Assembly: GCA_905178155.1 (NCBI GenBank)
Contig: CAJINV010000005.1
Coordinates: 6,874,580-6,938,579 of the forward strand
Length of the DNA: 64,000 nucleotides
Reading direction: 5' to 3'
DNA from: Amoebophrya sp. A120
Lineage: Eukaryota; Protista; Dinoflagellata
The notes beneath the pieces were generated by a model that was given only the letters and a program-made list of their open reading frames with translations, did no database searches and was not told the DNA's origin. The position numbers and the translations under genes are program-made. Shown here in pieces: positions 23,751 to 36,959 of the stretch (positions within the stretch are counted from its first letter, which is position 1; each line of letters begins with the position of its first letter).

Positions 23751-26700
23751 ATGTCTTCTCCAGCAGCTTTCACCTGTGCGGCCTCGCTGTGGTGCGCCGC
23801 CGTGGCGTCCATTGCGTACGGACAGTATGAGTTGACCACCGCTGTAGTAGTCATCGTGCTCTCCAGTCTGGCCGCGAAGGCCGTGCTGAACGACCGCAAA
23901 AACCGGGACCCGAAAAACCGGAAAGATGAGCGGCCGCTGCCGGAGCAGATCTTCACCTTTATCACCTACGACATGTATGCATTGCAAACGGAACATGTCT
24001 GGGTCTGGATAATTTGTGATGCGAGAATTGTAGGACAAGAAGATCTCTGATGCAACATGAATGCGATTTTTGGTTGACTTTTTCTTCGTGCTGGAACGCA
24101 GTTTCTCATGCGTTTCATGAATGACTCTGCAATAAACGGTATCCGGGTAGACCAGGGCCCCTGCTCAGACCAGGGCCCCCAGGACCAGGGCCCCCAGGAC
24201 CAGGGCCCCCAGGACCAGGGCCCCCAGGACCAGGGCCCCCAGGACCAGGGCCCCCAGGACCAGGGCCCCCAGGACCAGGGCCCCCAGGACCACGGCCCCC
24301 AGGACCAGGGCCCCTACGGACTGGGGCCCCTACGGACTGAACGGCGTCCCGGAATCGGGTACACGGCGAGGCGCGGCCGGAACCGGAGTTGTCTGCCAGC
24401 GTATCTGGGCCACCAAGTATGCATGTCATGTAAGTCCTAGCATCGGGCCAGGAGGTGGAAGAAGGCAGGCCACACGTAATATGTGACGCAGTCTGCTGAC
24501 TACCCAGAGCATCTCTTTCGCTTTCTATATTCCTCGACACGCGTCACAAGTTCTTAGTAGTGCAGACCCAGATCTATTTACAATGCCACGGGCGCCGTTT
24601 GTATTCGAAATGTTGCCCAGCAAAAGCACTGCTTGAGTGGACAGGGATGCAGCTGGCTCAAAGTGGTGCTAACGAGAGACATCTCAAATTGTCACCATGA
24701 AAGTCGAGCTGTGCTTTTTTTGTACGTAGAGGGACGCCCCAACTCTTCCAGATCCAGACGCCGGCACACCAGATTCCGGGACGCCAGATTCTGAGACACG
24801 ACTGGGGTCCCAGTCCGTAGGGGCCCCAGTCCGTAGGGGCCCCAGCCCCTAGGGGCCCTGGTCCTAGGGGCCCTGGCCCTGGGGGCCCGGGTCCTGGGGG
24901 CCCTGGTCCTGGGGGCCCTGGTCCCAGGGGCCCTGGTCTACACCTTTACCGCAATAAACCTCGAAAAGTTTCTGATGCTGTCATGTTGTTCAAGCGGCCA
25001 GGCTGCAATGCGAGCATCAGCAACACAAATTTCCTGACATCCAGGGATATTTGCAATGCATAACAGGAATGGCCTGCTGATGTTTTCCGGCACCGCGGTT
25101 TTCCTCGCCTTCGCAATATCCTGTGCAAGAAAAGTATCTGATACTCGTATTGCAGTCAGGCATTACAAGTCTTTTTCTTAAGGTAAATCCGCATTACAAA
25201 TTTTATTTCTCATGCTGAGGAAATTTGCAATGCATTTATACGAGTGCGATACAGAGACTTTTGCAGTTCATACGCTAACTTTGTCACCAATTATTTCGTG
25301 ATTTTCTTCTGGTTTGCCGCCGTAAAGGAGGTCGTGACCATACAGGGGGAAGGGGAGGGAAGAACCGGAGGAGGTGCAGGAGTAGGAGAAGATATTACCG
25401 CTGACGGCTTGCTGGACAGTGTCAAAGCTGGGGTGCAATACGACAACTTTCTGGCGGATATTTTCAGGATACCGCTGACGAACACCGGACTCTGTGTGGG
25501 CGGCCTGTATGTTGCTGTTTTTCTTCAGGCTACTTTACCTTTCGGTTCAGTATCTACTTTGTTTTTAGCCACACGGCCAAGTACACAATACATTTGAAAC
25601 AGCTCGTGCTGGTGGACACATGTTGACTAGTACACAATAATCAAACTGGGGGAAATAAATAACACGTATTTACTAGAAATCAAATAAAATTTAGGTATAA
25701 CTTTCTGTGGTTTCTTTCCCTGTGGTCCCACTGGGCTGCGGCCACAACCGATCCGGGATTTATCGGCAAAGGCGAGTTCGAAGTGGCAGAAAACCACGAT
25801 CCGAGGTTTTGCAAGGTCTGCCAGCAAGACAAACCCGACCGGGCGCACCACTGCAAAGTGTGTTGCAGGTACAGTGTTGATATGGCTACTTAATAGAGCA
25901 GAAGTTTTCATTTCAAAGGGTTGAATAATATTGTTCCTTGATTGAAAATTGAATTTTTAGCACTGCTGCTGCTAGATGACTTTCATGCGGCACAACTGTA
26001 TTACCTAGCGTACTACAGTGGATATGGCCAACGAAGGATGAATCCCGAGCCTGAAGATGCTGTTTCTAAATTTTTTGCTTTTATTCCCACTCGACCAGGT
26101 GTATCTTCCGTATGGACCACCATTGCCCGTGGGTAAATAATTGCGTCGGCTGGAACAACCAAAGACTCTTTGTGCAGTTTCTGTTTTACATCACCAGTCT
26201 CTCCGTTTACACGTTGCTGCTGCTCGCCTACGTCCTCTACGCCTACTCTATGCTCCCCCGCGATATCCCCTGGAGCAATTTCGCAGTGTTGTGCGGGGTG
26301 CTGCTGTGTGCGGAGTCCTTTTTTTTCCTCTTCTTCGTCGCGGTATTGTTTTTTGAACGATTATTTTTTGATTTTGACGCAGCTCTTCATCTTATTTTCG
26401 AATCCATAAGGCTTTTACTTTTTTTACTTATCACACGCAAACGTGGTACAGTACTCCGTGGAAAATGAATTCTTCGCATGTTTTGTGATCATCTATGCAC
26501 AAAATTATCACAGAAAAGAATCACACAGCACATACTATACAGGACTTCCTTTCCGAGCAGATAGAGGTATCAACTGTAAAAATGTCTGGGTCTGGAAGAA
26601 TTCATGTTTGTCATGCTTGTCTGGCATGACTCTTAAATCTGTCATGCACGTTACCCAAGAGCTCCATTTTTCTGTGATGCAGAAGCGCAGTTTGTCATGC

Positions 26701-27250
26701 AGAATAGGCAACACTTAGGAGCTCAGAAACTTGTCATGCTGAGCCAGCATCTGTAGCCTCATCATGAGACGCCACTCAGCGTCACAAGTTTCCAAACCCA
26801 GACATTTTTACTTTTGATAAGAGGGCATCGAAACCAACTCCACGCTCGTGGAAACCTACCAGGCGAATATCCTGTGCAAAAGTATCGTACTCGTATAAAT
26901 GCATTACAAATTGACTTAGCATTACAAATTGAATTTGTAATGCGGATTTGCCTTAACAAAAAGATTTGTAATGCATAAACGCAATGAGGACGAGTGCGAT
27001 ACTTTTGCACAGGATAGCGAAGCGCGGACGACAATTTCCCACTCGGTTTGACAAGTGGGCGGAGGTGTTCGGAAAGCGGTGGTATTTGTGGTGGGTACCC
27101 TACAGCAACCCGAACCCGGTCGATCTCTTCGAGCCGGTATACACGGAAGTGGACCGGCATACGGAAGATAATGATATCACACAGATGATGAAAAAGGCTA
27201 GCGTGCGCATTTGTAATCATGCTCAAATGTTGAGTACACAACCACAATAA
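23751..27250 (+). CDS. DHHC-type palmitoyltransferase (3' end uncertain)
   Basis: [22 protein letters not shown] followed by [28 protein letters not shown], with hydrophobic TM segments; introners at 23976-25062, 25117-25272, 26568-26819 and 26868-27016 plus GT-AG introns. Confidence 0.92.
24138..24950. mobile_element. Mutator/foldback-like non-autonomous element nested in introner 23976-25062
   Basis: 9-bp TSD GCAATAAAC (24129-24137 and 24951-24959); ends ggta...gtagaccagggcccc / ggggccctggtctac...tacc; arrays of a 15-bp unit GGACCAGGGCCCCCA in opposite orientation at the two ends. Confidence 0.88.
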
Positions 27251-28159
27251 AGCAAATCATCTGTCTTGCACTTGCATACCTGAAACAGCATGCTATGGGT
27301 TGTAGCTCGCCCATGACAGACACAGATTTTATTCCTGTCTTATAGTTGATTTTCGCACGATGACAAATGTGACTCGCGAGCAGCTGTTTTGTCTGGGATA
27401 AATGAAATAGTTGAACTAGACGAGAAGTAGACCACCCCCCGACGAGATGGAGGACCCAATAGTCCTCACAAGATTTGCAGCCGCCGCCGTACTGCTTTTC
27501 TACTTTCAGGTGTCGTTTGGGAACTACGAGCCTAGTTTGCTTGTTGTGTAAAAGAACAATCTGCCAACTCTCCTCGATGCCCCGCTGCGATTGAATTTTT
27601 TCAATTGGCGGTCGCATCTACTCCGAGAGGGGGCTCGCAGTCTTGTAGTGTATTCCTTGTTTATTCCCTCGTGGTTAATCGTGTCTTGCAGTCGGAGACA
27701 AGGAAGGTGCAAACGAGAATGACAACCACGAGGACATGTTGTTTTGCGGGCCAGAAGTAGCAGTAGTTAGTACTCATTCTCTTGATTGAAGTACAAGCCA
27801 GGAGGTGGTAGTAGCACCAGGGGAAGCTGCTGCACGACGGTCATCGAATATATAAGTCGTCTGAGCTGTGGTCATCAGCGGTCGTAGCAAATATCGTCTC
27901 GGTTCTTTTTTTTTTCCCTGCATCTCGCAAGGCGGCAGCGACCCCGACGAAATTGGTGTGCAGGGGATACGGATTGCAAATGCACTTACTATCGCGCTAG
28001 TAGTCATGATCGCATCTTCACAAAGTTGCTCAGCCTGATGAGATTTGAAATTCGTACTGCGGATGAAAATTTACCTTGAGGGGAACGAGATTTGCAGTGC
28101 ATAATTGATGCGATTTCTCGTGCTACGAATGCGGTATTAATACTTTTGCAATGCATCAA

Positions 28160-30824
28160 GGACGGATGAAAGCGAGTCCGGGAGCGAGGAAGAAGATGAG
28201 GAGGAGACGGTGTCGGACCAGCTCTCGGAGTATCGGAGATGAAAGCACCACGACCTTCTGTCCTCAATTTGTAATGCGCATCTGTTTCGATTCGTGGTAA
28301 CGGTAAGGTAAGCAGGCTAAGCTTGTCTGTGATAGTACATGACAAATTGATGGCGCTCTTGATCTATTCTTGGTGCTTTTCTCAAGGATACTATCTCCAA
28401 CGACGATCAGAAGGACGGAGCCGCCCGCGGAGCCGGCCGCGGCACAAAAGAGCGAAAAAATGGCAGCAAAAACGGAAGCAAAGACTCGACGGGAAACAAG
28501 AAAATAAACAATGGCGGCACGTCGACCTCTGGCCCTGGCTCTGCTCCGAATTCCTCTTCGCAACCGTCATCTGGTAGCACCGTCCCGAAGCAGGACCATA
28601 TCAAAGGAAATAAGAACAACGCCGGCACAGGCAGCGCCGGTGGGAGAACAAATAGTAGCACCGCTTCTAGCACGGCAACGGCAACTACTGCACAAACGAA
28701 GCCGACCGCAACGTCAGGAGGTTCATCGACATCCGGCGCTCGGCCTCCGAAGTCAAAAACCGGCAGTCCTGTGGCCGCAAATGGTGTACAACCAGCACCA
28801 GCAAACAAGACCACGACAGGAGGTATCCCACGAAAAAAGTGTTACAGGTACACATTTGTTGTAGCTTCAGCATCACAAGTTTTCTCTGCAGGACAGAGAA
28901 AACTTGCAATGCAAAGATCATAAGGGAAAGCAGGAAGGAAACGAGGCTCCAAAGCATTTCCTGCATGAGAAAGGTTGTCTGTGTTGCCGGTCTTGCAACG
29001 CAATGTGCTGGAACTGTAACACTTTTTTCTTTCCATAGGTGTAGAGACGAGCCGAAAAGTCTCCTTTGACCAGGATGCCAAGGACAGCGACGGATCGGGG
29101 TTATCCTGTGCAAAAGTATCGTACTCGCATTGCAATCATGCATTACAAATCTTTTTCTTAAGGTAAATCCGCACTACAAATTTTATCTCTCATGCTGAGA
29201 AAATTTGTAATGCATTTACTTATACGAGTACGATACCTTATTTGCAGTTCATAGGGGTCCTCTCCGGGCGATGGGGACAGTGAGACCGACGAGGAGGACT
29301 ATCGCAGAGAAAAAGTGCAGCTGTGTATAGGAATTTTAAACTTCGAATGGTGGACGTGGAAATCAAATATAAGGTGTGGAAGAACAGCTCCAAGTTACAC
29401 GGTCTTGCCGTTTTTTACTTTTTCTTGTTGAAAATGCAACAAGCGGGCATCACCATCATCTCGTCCTCGCCTTGCTTTTAGGATGAAGGCGCATGATGGG
29501 AAATTTTCTTGAATGTTATGCATACTACTAGCGCACAACTTGTCATGCAGATGAACCTCCTGCACAGGAATGAGTCGACACCGAGTCGTCACATGGACCA
29601 AAGAGCTGCACTACTTTTTCCCTACGATATGAAAGTCCAAGTCGACTCCAAGAAGAACGACAATAACGCCAGTTTTGACCCTAATGGGCTCGAAAAACTG
29701 CTTATCAAATGCAAAAATGTCTGGGTCTGGAAGAATGCGCGATCTGTCATGCTGCTTTTCCATGATCCATGAGGTCTGGAATGCAGGACCTAGCATGACA
29801 GATTCCGCGAGTCTTTTCTAATGCCTATCCTGCGTGAGAAACTCCCTCCCGACTTGTGCAAAACTGGACGACTTTTGGTAATCATGCAACACAGATTTTT
29901 GCATGCTGCAGATTTAGCATGACAAGTTGCAATGTTCCAGACCCAGACACTTTTACATTTGATAGTGCTGCAGAAGGCCAGTTTTGTGCAAAAGCCGAAC
30001 GAGTACGAAAAAGTGCACGAGAAGACGAAAAAGCTACGAAGTTGCAACTATGTCTGGGAGGTCTGGAAAAGCGGAATCTGTATTGCGTGCTGTGCTAGAC
30101 TGCTGCAGAAGATGAATCTGTATTGCATGTTGAGCAACAGAAGCTGCGACCCCTGTTTTGTCATGCAAAAGCACAGTTGCTATTTTTAATGCGCGCTCCT
30201 GCGAATCTGTCCTCAGAGTCAGAATTTGAATTTGTCACGCTGGTGGACTCAACTCAGGAGTATGCTCAAGCATCGCCACTCAGCATTACAAATTTCCAGA
30301 CCCAGACACACATTTGCATTGCATAAAAACTCTTGGCCAACAAGACCCTGCGGAACAAGTACGTATGAACTGCAAAAGTAAATCGTATTCGTAGTTGTTG
30401 CAACCATGCATTACAAATTTTTTTGTTAAGGTAAATCCGCAGTACAAATTTTATTTCTCATGCTGAGGAAATTTGTAACGGTAATTCGCATGCATTTATA
30501 CGAGTGTGATACTTTAAAAACTTTTGCCATTCATAGTGCGGGTCAAATTACAAAACGCCCGAGCAGCAGCAGGCGCCACCCGCAACGGCGGGCGCGAGTG
30601 GTGGCGGAGCCACGAGTACCATGAATGAAAACGGCGACTATGTGTGGTCGAACGCCACAAAAGGCACGGGAAAAGCCACCGCGAGCGAGGCCGACGCCGC
30701 GCGGAAACGGAAAAAGGAGAAAGACGAAAAGCTGGGGCCGAAAGCGAGGCGAGAACAAAGTAAGGAAGCTTTAAAAGAGAAGCTGCGGCAGAAATTGGAA
30801 GCGAAAAAACAGGGCATCGCGTAG
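28160..30824 (+). CDS. Multi-exon hypothetical protein with acidic N-terminal part and Lys-rich C-terminus; start uncertain
   Basis: Exons TDESESGSEEEDEEE, LLFPYDMKVQVDSKK and MNENGDYVW...KKQGIA*, separated by introners (29102-29253, 29703-29964, 30364-30535 and others). Confidence 0.55.
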
Positions 30825-31422
30825 AAGCACCACCGCTCGCGGTCGTTTGGAGGTTTTCTTTTTTCCGTGAAAAGTATTCCTGCTTTGATCTTTACTACGA
30901 ACAGGGGGAGCTGCGAGCACCTAGATGTTGCCACGAGGTTCTTGGCCGCCCCGAGGCTGACGTTATTTTTACTGAACAAGAAGCTGTGCGCAAAATATTT
31001 TTAGAATGTCAGCCGGCATCGGAACTGGTGCTCCTGAATTTTTTTAACTAGCTGCACCATTCTCTGGATCTGATTCATTCATCACTTTTTTGGTGTTTGC
31101 CGCTTTATACTCTAATCACCATATGGGAAGCAAGAAATCTACATAACAAAAGATTTTAACCTTGTTGATCTTGATGTTTATTTACGCCGCGTTCCTTCAT
31201 GTGGGTGACTATCTACAGCTATTCGTATTCTGGAAGTCAAACATCTTCACTGCAGCGACAGAACAGGCTGTTCCGGGATCATATATAACGTAGTACTTAC
31301 AACAAATAGAAATACTACATCAGCGACAAATTTCTAAGAAAGCCAAAGCAGCTCCTTCTAGAATTCGAAACCTGGTCTTCGTCAGCGCAACTCGCATGAT
31401 GTAGTTGGTGACTGAAGCTGTT

Positions 31423-31674
31423 TATCAAATGTAAAAATGTCTGGGTCTGGAAACTTGTGATGCTGGGCGGCGTCTCATGATGAGGCCACACATGCTGGCT
31501 CAGCATGACAAGTTTCTGAGCTTCTAGGTGTTGCCTATTCTGCATGACAAGCTGCGTTCTTGCATCACAGAAAAACGGAGCTCTTGGGTAACGTGCATGA
31601 CAGATTCAAGAGTCTTGCCAGACAAGCATGACAAACATGCATTCTTCCCGACCCAGACATTTTTACATTTGATA
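31423..31674 (-). mobile_element. Introner outside any assigned CDS
   Basis: Reverse subtype-1 copy with direct repeat CTGTT. Confidence 0.88.
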
Positions 31675-31809
31675 CTGTTGTATTAGTTGGGCCGGTCCTC
31701 GTCCTACTTCTACGTGGATGCTGTCCGGGCGGTCGTGTTCGTGATCATCTTCTTCCTTGTCAAGGAAGCGAAGCTGAGGACATCTTGCAATCCCATCACC
31801 ACCGTGGGG

Positions 31810-31913
31810 GAGCTGCTGCTGTCGATACATATTTCATTTATATACGCTTTTTGAGCTGCTGCTGTCGATACATATTTCATTTTATATACGAAGGGAAGCA
31901 ATGCTTCCCTTCG
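31810..31913. repeat. 37-bp direct duplication followed by a 12-bp-stem hairpin
   Basis: gagctgctgctgtcgatacatatttcattt(t)atatacg at 31810-31846 and 31853-31890; cgaagggaagca-a-tgcttcccttcg at 31889-31913. Confidence 0.85.
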
Positions 31914-32054
31914 CGTGTTTTTTTGTAGATAAGTATGCTGAGCTGACACACTTAGTATTGCCGATGAGTGTCGTTCGCGTGATGTCCCTATTTGTAAACT
32001 GAAATTGTTGTTCTGAAGAAGAAGATTGGCGTGTCGGTTCAAGCTTAATTATTT

Positions 32055-33896
32055 TTGCCACAAATATCTACACCAGAGCCAGACTTTCATTTTCCTGTAC
32101 AAATATCTTCGTTATTTCACTCTGCATTCGGTAGTGCCCTTGTATTGAGTATGAAGAGACCTCTTGTTCTTGAGCAGCGCCGCTTTGCGCATCAAAACTG
32201 GCGAGTCTTCAAATCGCATGGCTTGTGTTTCCGTGACAGCGCAACAGGCTGGACTAAGCGGCATTCTCTCCTTTGTGATCGGGTGCAAATTATGGTTTAC
32301 TATCCGAGTTGCTTCATCTGTCGCTGGGCCCACTCAGTAAGGACGACAACCAGGCAGCAGCAGGACCAGAATGAGTGTGGCGGAGTTGTTCTTGGACGAC
32401 CACCTGATGAACAAGGCTTGCCGATGAAAGACGGCGTTCCATCACTCGACGTGCGGAAACAAAGCAGGCGGGGTCGCAAGCTGAAGAGAGAAGAGTTTTT
32501 CTCTCGCGCTGCGGCTCTGCAGGAATTTTGTGCCGAAGTGTCTGCAGCCGATGCGGTTGGGACGATACGCTTTGCCGGACTACCTTTTCTTTTCGGAAGC
32601 ATTCTTCTGTTCCGCTTTGACGAGAGAATAATTTGCGGTGCAGATGAAGAACAACACAGTGAAGCTAGCGCTGCGGCACTGAAGAAGCGCCAGCATGATT
32701 TATTACGGGCTAAGGAGGAAGAGGAATGGGTTGGGCGCGCAGGTCACGACTTAACTAATTTTTCCGCTGACAGCCTTCCTGCTCGACGAAGCGACTGCGA
32801 GCAGGAGCTTGGAAAAGATGTCAACTACTGCGAAAAAGTAGAAAAACAAGAAGTCCGGTGGCTCGCGGTGCAGCTGCGCAGCACGAAGCAAACCGAAACG
32901 CGAAGCCGTACTGGCCGCAAGTACTACAGGTATGCGAATTGCAAAAACGAGCTTCGTCTTCCATTTTTCTGCATCGCCCCCAGAGGGGGTGAGGACCACG
33001 AAAGAAAGATCTTCGCCGTTCGGGAATCGTTGGCGGGCCGTATTCCACAAGAGATCGTACGCTACGAGGACTCGCAGACGCGGATGTCCGGCCGGGCGGT
33101 GATAGAGGAGTTGCGACTGCACTGGGAACAGGCGGTAGCCGATGCGTCTTCTAAGCGTAAGCTGCGGACGCGGCGAGAGTGGCTAAACCTTTTGGAAGGT
33201 GCGGAGAAGCCGCGCTCCACATGCTCGTACCACTACACACTGGAACTTGAGGAGAAACTGTATAGCGCCTGTGGTTTCGAGCTGGAGTTTCCCCTGGGCA
33301 AGGAGGAGCATGCCGTCCACAACAGTTATGTTGGAGGGCTCAGAACGCTACACCGCACCATCTCGCACCGCACCTGCCGCAGTCGGAAATACGAATCCAA
33401 TGTGATCGATCTGACGTTGTCAGACCCGGACCACAAAACAAGCATACGGCCCGTGACTGTGCACGAGCTTCGGCGCATCGATCTTCTGTGCGCGATCGAA
33501 TACTGCGATCGCCAAGTTGGTAAGCCCCTACTCGGCGTGTATCTGTTCCCACAACGCATCGTCGAGTCTTTTTTTCACTACCCTACTGAAGATTCTGAAG
33601 CTACGGCGACTAGAAATGGTGCGCCCACTCCTGGGAAGCGGAAAGTTGGACGGATTTTTACTGTCCACCCGCAAAATAACACTGTCCCACGCATCAAAAG
33701 TTCCCAGGTCCGAAAACAGCAGCAGCTTCTTTACTACATTGACCTCCGACCAGAGGCGAGCCGTGATGTCAATTTGGCGAAGGCCAAGCGGATTCTTTCC
33801 GAGGTCGTAGCGTCGAATAGACTGGCTGCTCGGGGGAAGAAAGTTGCGTCGGACGTGGACGAAGCTCGGCCACTCATGGGTACGACTAAAGTGTAA
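32055..33896 (+). CDS. Intronless ORF, possible degenerate PD-(D/E)XK nuclease / MepB-like protein
   Basis: 613-aa ORF with no introners. WLAVQLRST resembles the (Q/E)xK strand of PD-(D/E)XK folds; C-terminal GVYLFP...GKR...VHP...QQQLLYYIDL resembles the MepB family. Both are by-eye resemblances. Confidence 0.5.
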   Translation: MPQISTPEPDFHFPVQISSLFHSAFGSALVLSMKRPLVLEQRRFAHQNWRVFKSHGLCFRDSATGWTKRHSLLCDRVQIMVYYPSCFICRWAHSVRTTTRQQQDQNECGGVVLGRPPDEQGLPMKDGVPSLDVRKQSRRGRKLKREEFFSRAAALQEFCAEVSAADAVGTIRFAGLPFLFGSILLFRFDERIICGADEEQHSEASAAALKKRQHDLLRAKEEEEWVGRAGHDLTNFSADSLPARRSDCEQELGKDVNYCEKVEKQEVRWLAVQLRSTKQTETRSRTGRKYYRYANCKNELRLPFFCIAPRGGEDHERKIFAVRESLAGRIPQEIVRYEDSQTRMSGRAVIEELRLHWEQAVADASSKRKLRTRREWLNLLEGAEKPRSTCSYHYTLELEEKLYSACGFELEFPLGKEEHAVHNSYVGGLRTLHRTISHRTCRSRKYESNVIDLTLSDPDHKTSIRPVTVHELRRIDLLCAIEYCDRQVGKPLLGVYLFPQRIVESFFHYPTEDSEATATRNGAPTPGKRKVGRIFTVHPQNNTVPRIKSSQVRKQQQLLYYIDLRPEASRDVNLAKAKRILSEVVASNRLAARGKKVASDVDEARPLMGTTKV

Positions 33897-34399
33897 GCTA
33901 TGCCACAGTCAAGCTCAACAACAAGCTGGCTCCACGCAGAAAAACCATCCTCGAACCCACCACGCCAAAGAAGTCGAGTGGCTTTTTTTTGTGTCTGTTC
34001 ACGGCACTTTATTTACGGGAGACGTAAAAGATGGATCAGTTGGGCAACCGATGCTCCGCCGCCTTTTTTGTTTCTGTCGTATTTCTCCTGTCGAAACGGG
34101 ATCGGAATCGTTTCAACAATCGAACACAGTCGCTCGTTTTCGTCTCCCCACTCGGAGCGTCTGAGTGAGCTTTTCCTTTTTCCTTTGCTTTTACCTATAC
34201 CTTGTTTGAGTACTACCAAGTGGTGACGTGTACCTCTAGGCCGCCAAGAAGTGACGCGTCTTCTACTTCCCTGATGGACGTGGTCGCGCAGACATGATCG
34301 CCAGGTTGTGGGGGTCAGTACATCAATCAGATTTTTATATGATTCATCAGCAGGTCGTGGGTCATTACCTGAGTCAGGTTTCAATATTCACTTTTCTGT

Positions 34400-34740
34400 C
34401 GTTTCGGAAGTTTTGCTCGTCATCGTTTTTTCTCGGTTCGCGTTTCGTTTGTTGACCCCGTAGTCCTCGTCGAGAGTCGTAAAAACAAGCCTCCTTCACT
34501 CATTCTTCACTGGCCTCGAGATTCCGATATCGTAGAAATTAAAATGTGTGTTCTGTGATCGTGGCCTGCTGTTGTTAGAACAAACTACCTCGTCTTCTTC
34601 ACCAGTCGTTGATAAAGAGCCATCATATAAAAAACTCGAAGTCGAGGGGAACAATACCAATGACTTGCTTTTTCCACCACGACGATGACCTATACGGTCT
34701 ACACGGCAACACACCCCGGACCTATACGGTCTACACGGAA
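34400..34740 (+). pseudogene. Diverged duplicate of the 5' region of the gene starting near 37380
   Basis: Colinear similarity with ~37080-37450, e.g. MTCFFHHDDDLYGLHGNTP versus MTCFYHHHDADLYGLDGKNTP. Confidence 0.6.
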
Positions 34741-36663
34741 CTTGTAATGCTGATTTCGCTCAGAAGCAGTCTATGTCTAATTGCATTTATTAGTACGAGT
34801 ACGATGCGAACGCTTTTACACTGGATAGCGCCTGCTCTGTAAGTAGGCAAGCAAGGGGGTACTTACAGCTACGAGAACTAAGGCGAAAGTTTCGTAGGCA
34901 CTTCAGTATTTATCAAAGGAGGCGCTGCGCTTTTGTGCTGATGCTGAGCAGCTTCAGCCACGGGGGATGACGGATGACAAAAAAAATGAATTTTTGTGAC
35001 GCGCCCGAGTCCTATTGCTATTCCTATTGGTCAGACCCCCGCCCAGTTCTATCCAGGAGAACTGAACCATACATGAAAAATCAAAGTGAACCACACATGA
35101 AAAATCAGAGTGGTTTGTCTAGTCGCACCCAACATGCGTCCGTCAAGCGTTGCACATTGAGCAAGATATTCAGGCGAGTTGGGTAGTTCTTCTCGATTAC
35201 TATTAACGCGGGTGAACTAATTTTGCTTTTCCATCAATTTCATGACGAATATGCTTTATCAGACTGTGAGCATAATATTACTCGCGCAATTTTAATACTC
35301 ACGCAATTACGATTAGGATTACGATTTGTATTTCGAAGACCACTTCTACTTCAATCCAGCAGTAGCGCGGCACCTCTTTTCACTGCTACTGCACAGTTTT
35401 AGGCGATGAGACCGAGCAGCATATATGATGAAAATCAAAACTGTTTCTTACTCTCTTCTGCCAATGGGCCGCAAGTTGTGCGTTTTCTCTGTTATTGTTT
35501 TTTCGTGCATTCGATTGATTTACAATATTGCTTGCCTTTTCCACCTTATTTGCACTCATAACTACGTACTTAAGTACTTGCACTGAGTAAAGGTTTTTCC
35601 AAAATTTTGTTCATGCAGATCTTATAGCGTTTTGTATGAAGAGTATTTTTATCATGACGTAGCAGCTTGTTCCTATCCACAGCCTTTTGATTGAAGTATC
35701 TACATGAAAAATAAGTATCTAAATTTTGTTTACCTTCACGACCTTCATCTTGAATGTTCTCTATTCAAGTGGTTTCTATTCTATTCAAGTGGTGGCTAGA
35801 AGGGGAAGATCGAGGTGTCAATGCGTCGTAGTGGATGGCCTCTTGTCGTAGGACCAAGAACACGACATTTCGACCACCCCCTTTTCTCGGGTTTCATTCG
35901 TGATGAAGTAGAGTGAAGAAGAAAGAATGTTCGTCTGTCATGGTTGTCGCATTGATTCAACATTTATTTTCTCGTGAATAAGCACTACATGTACAAGTAC
36001 ATGCTGCATCATCTTGGTCTTTATACTTCTATCTTCCGAACACGACGACTACATCCAGAGCGTTTCTGGTGACAGAAACAACACATGGCTTCTATGTAGT
36101 AGTCCGAACTAGAAGAGGACGAGTCATGATATTAAGTCGATCGGGATTTATTTTCCTCAGGGAACAACCGGTAGCTGTACCGTACTAGCTCTAGCAAAAA
36201 TGAGGAAGCTTTTCATTGATCAACACAGCAGGTTCAGGCTCGTCTTCTGACGGAGTATTTTCAGGTTCAGGTTCAGGTTCGTCTTCTGACGGTTCAGGTT
36301 CAGGCGGAGTATTTTGACAACGACATACTTACATTAGCAGCTTTACTACCATGCGGCAACTACGTGAAGAAATTGAAAAAAAGCGCAAACTGGTCATTTG
36401 TATGATCATGCCGGCGGTGGAGCAGCTGCAGGTGCAGCACAAGTAGGAGAGGTGTTCTTCTTGAGTTTAATCTTTTAAGATTCTCGTGTGGTTGTAGTTC
36501 TACTTGGAGGTACTGCTACGCAGCCAAGAGTCCCCGTCTTGTCTTGTTTCTTACTGAGTGTAGAGCCCGGATCGGTCCATGTTGACGTTGTCCTGCTTTA
36601 GAAAGGTCGGCCTAATCCATCATGTTCACGTAGGTGAGCGGCGACTTGTTTCTTCTGATCGTT

Positions 36664-36959
36664 TATCAGCTGCAAATATGTAGTCTGGGTCTGGAAAGGG
36701 TCATGGGATTTGTCATGATAGCTGTCGATCACACAAAGATCTGTATTGCAAGAGAGGCAAAAGACACGCAGATTGTTGCCACGACCCGGAGATGGGCATC
36801 TCTTATGCAGGATAGGCATGGGCAAACCTTCGCGAAAGCTGTGACGCTAGAGCATGCATCACAGGCACCTTCGGGAGCCATGTACAATTTGCATGACTTC
36901 CAACATGACAAATTCCCCAACTCTTCATCCAGACCCAGAGGACACATTTGCAATCCATA
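36664..36959. mobile_element. Introner, probably in a 5' UTR or upstream exon
   Basis: TAT...ATA ends, tgcaaatatg...cacatttgca, direct repeat TCGTT/TCGCT. Confidence 0.8.

Noticed and set aside
24147-24335. 15-bp tandem array read as collagen-like (GPGPG) or DQGPQ ORFs, or as a CRISPR array
   Set aside because: There are no spacers. It is the subterminal array of a TIR element inside an intron, and the ORFs are repeat artefacts.
35060-36320. Short local tandem duplications (35063-35111, ~35757-35793, ~36230-36315)
   Set aside because: Ordinary slippage duplications with no sign of function.
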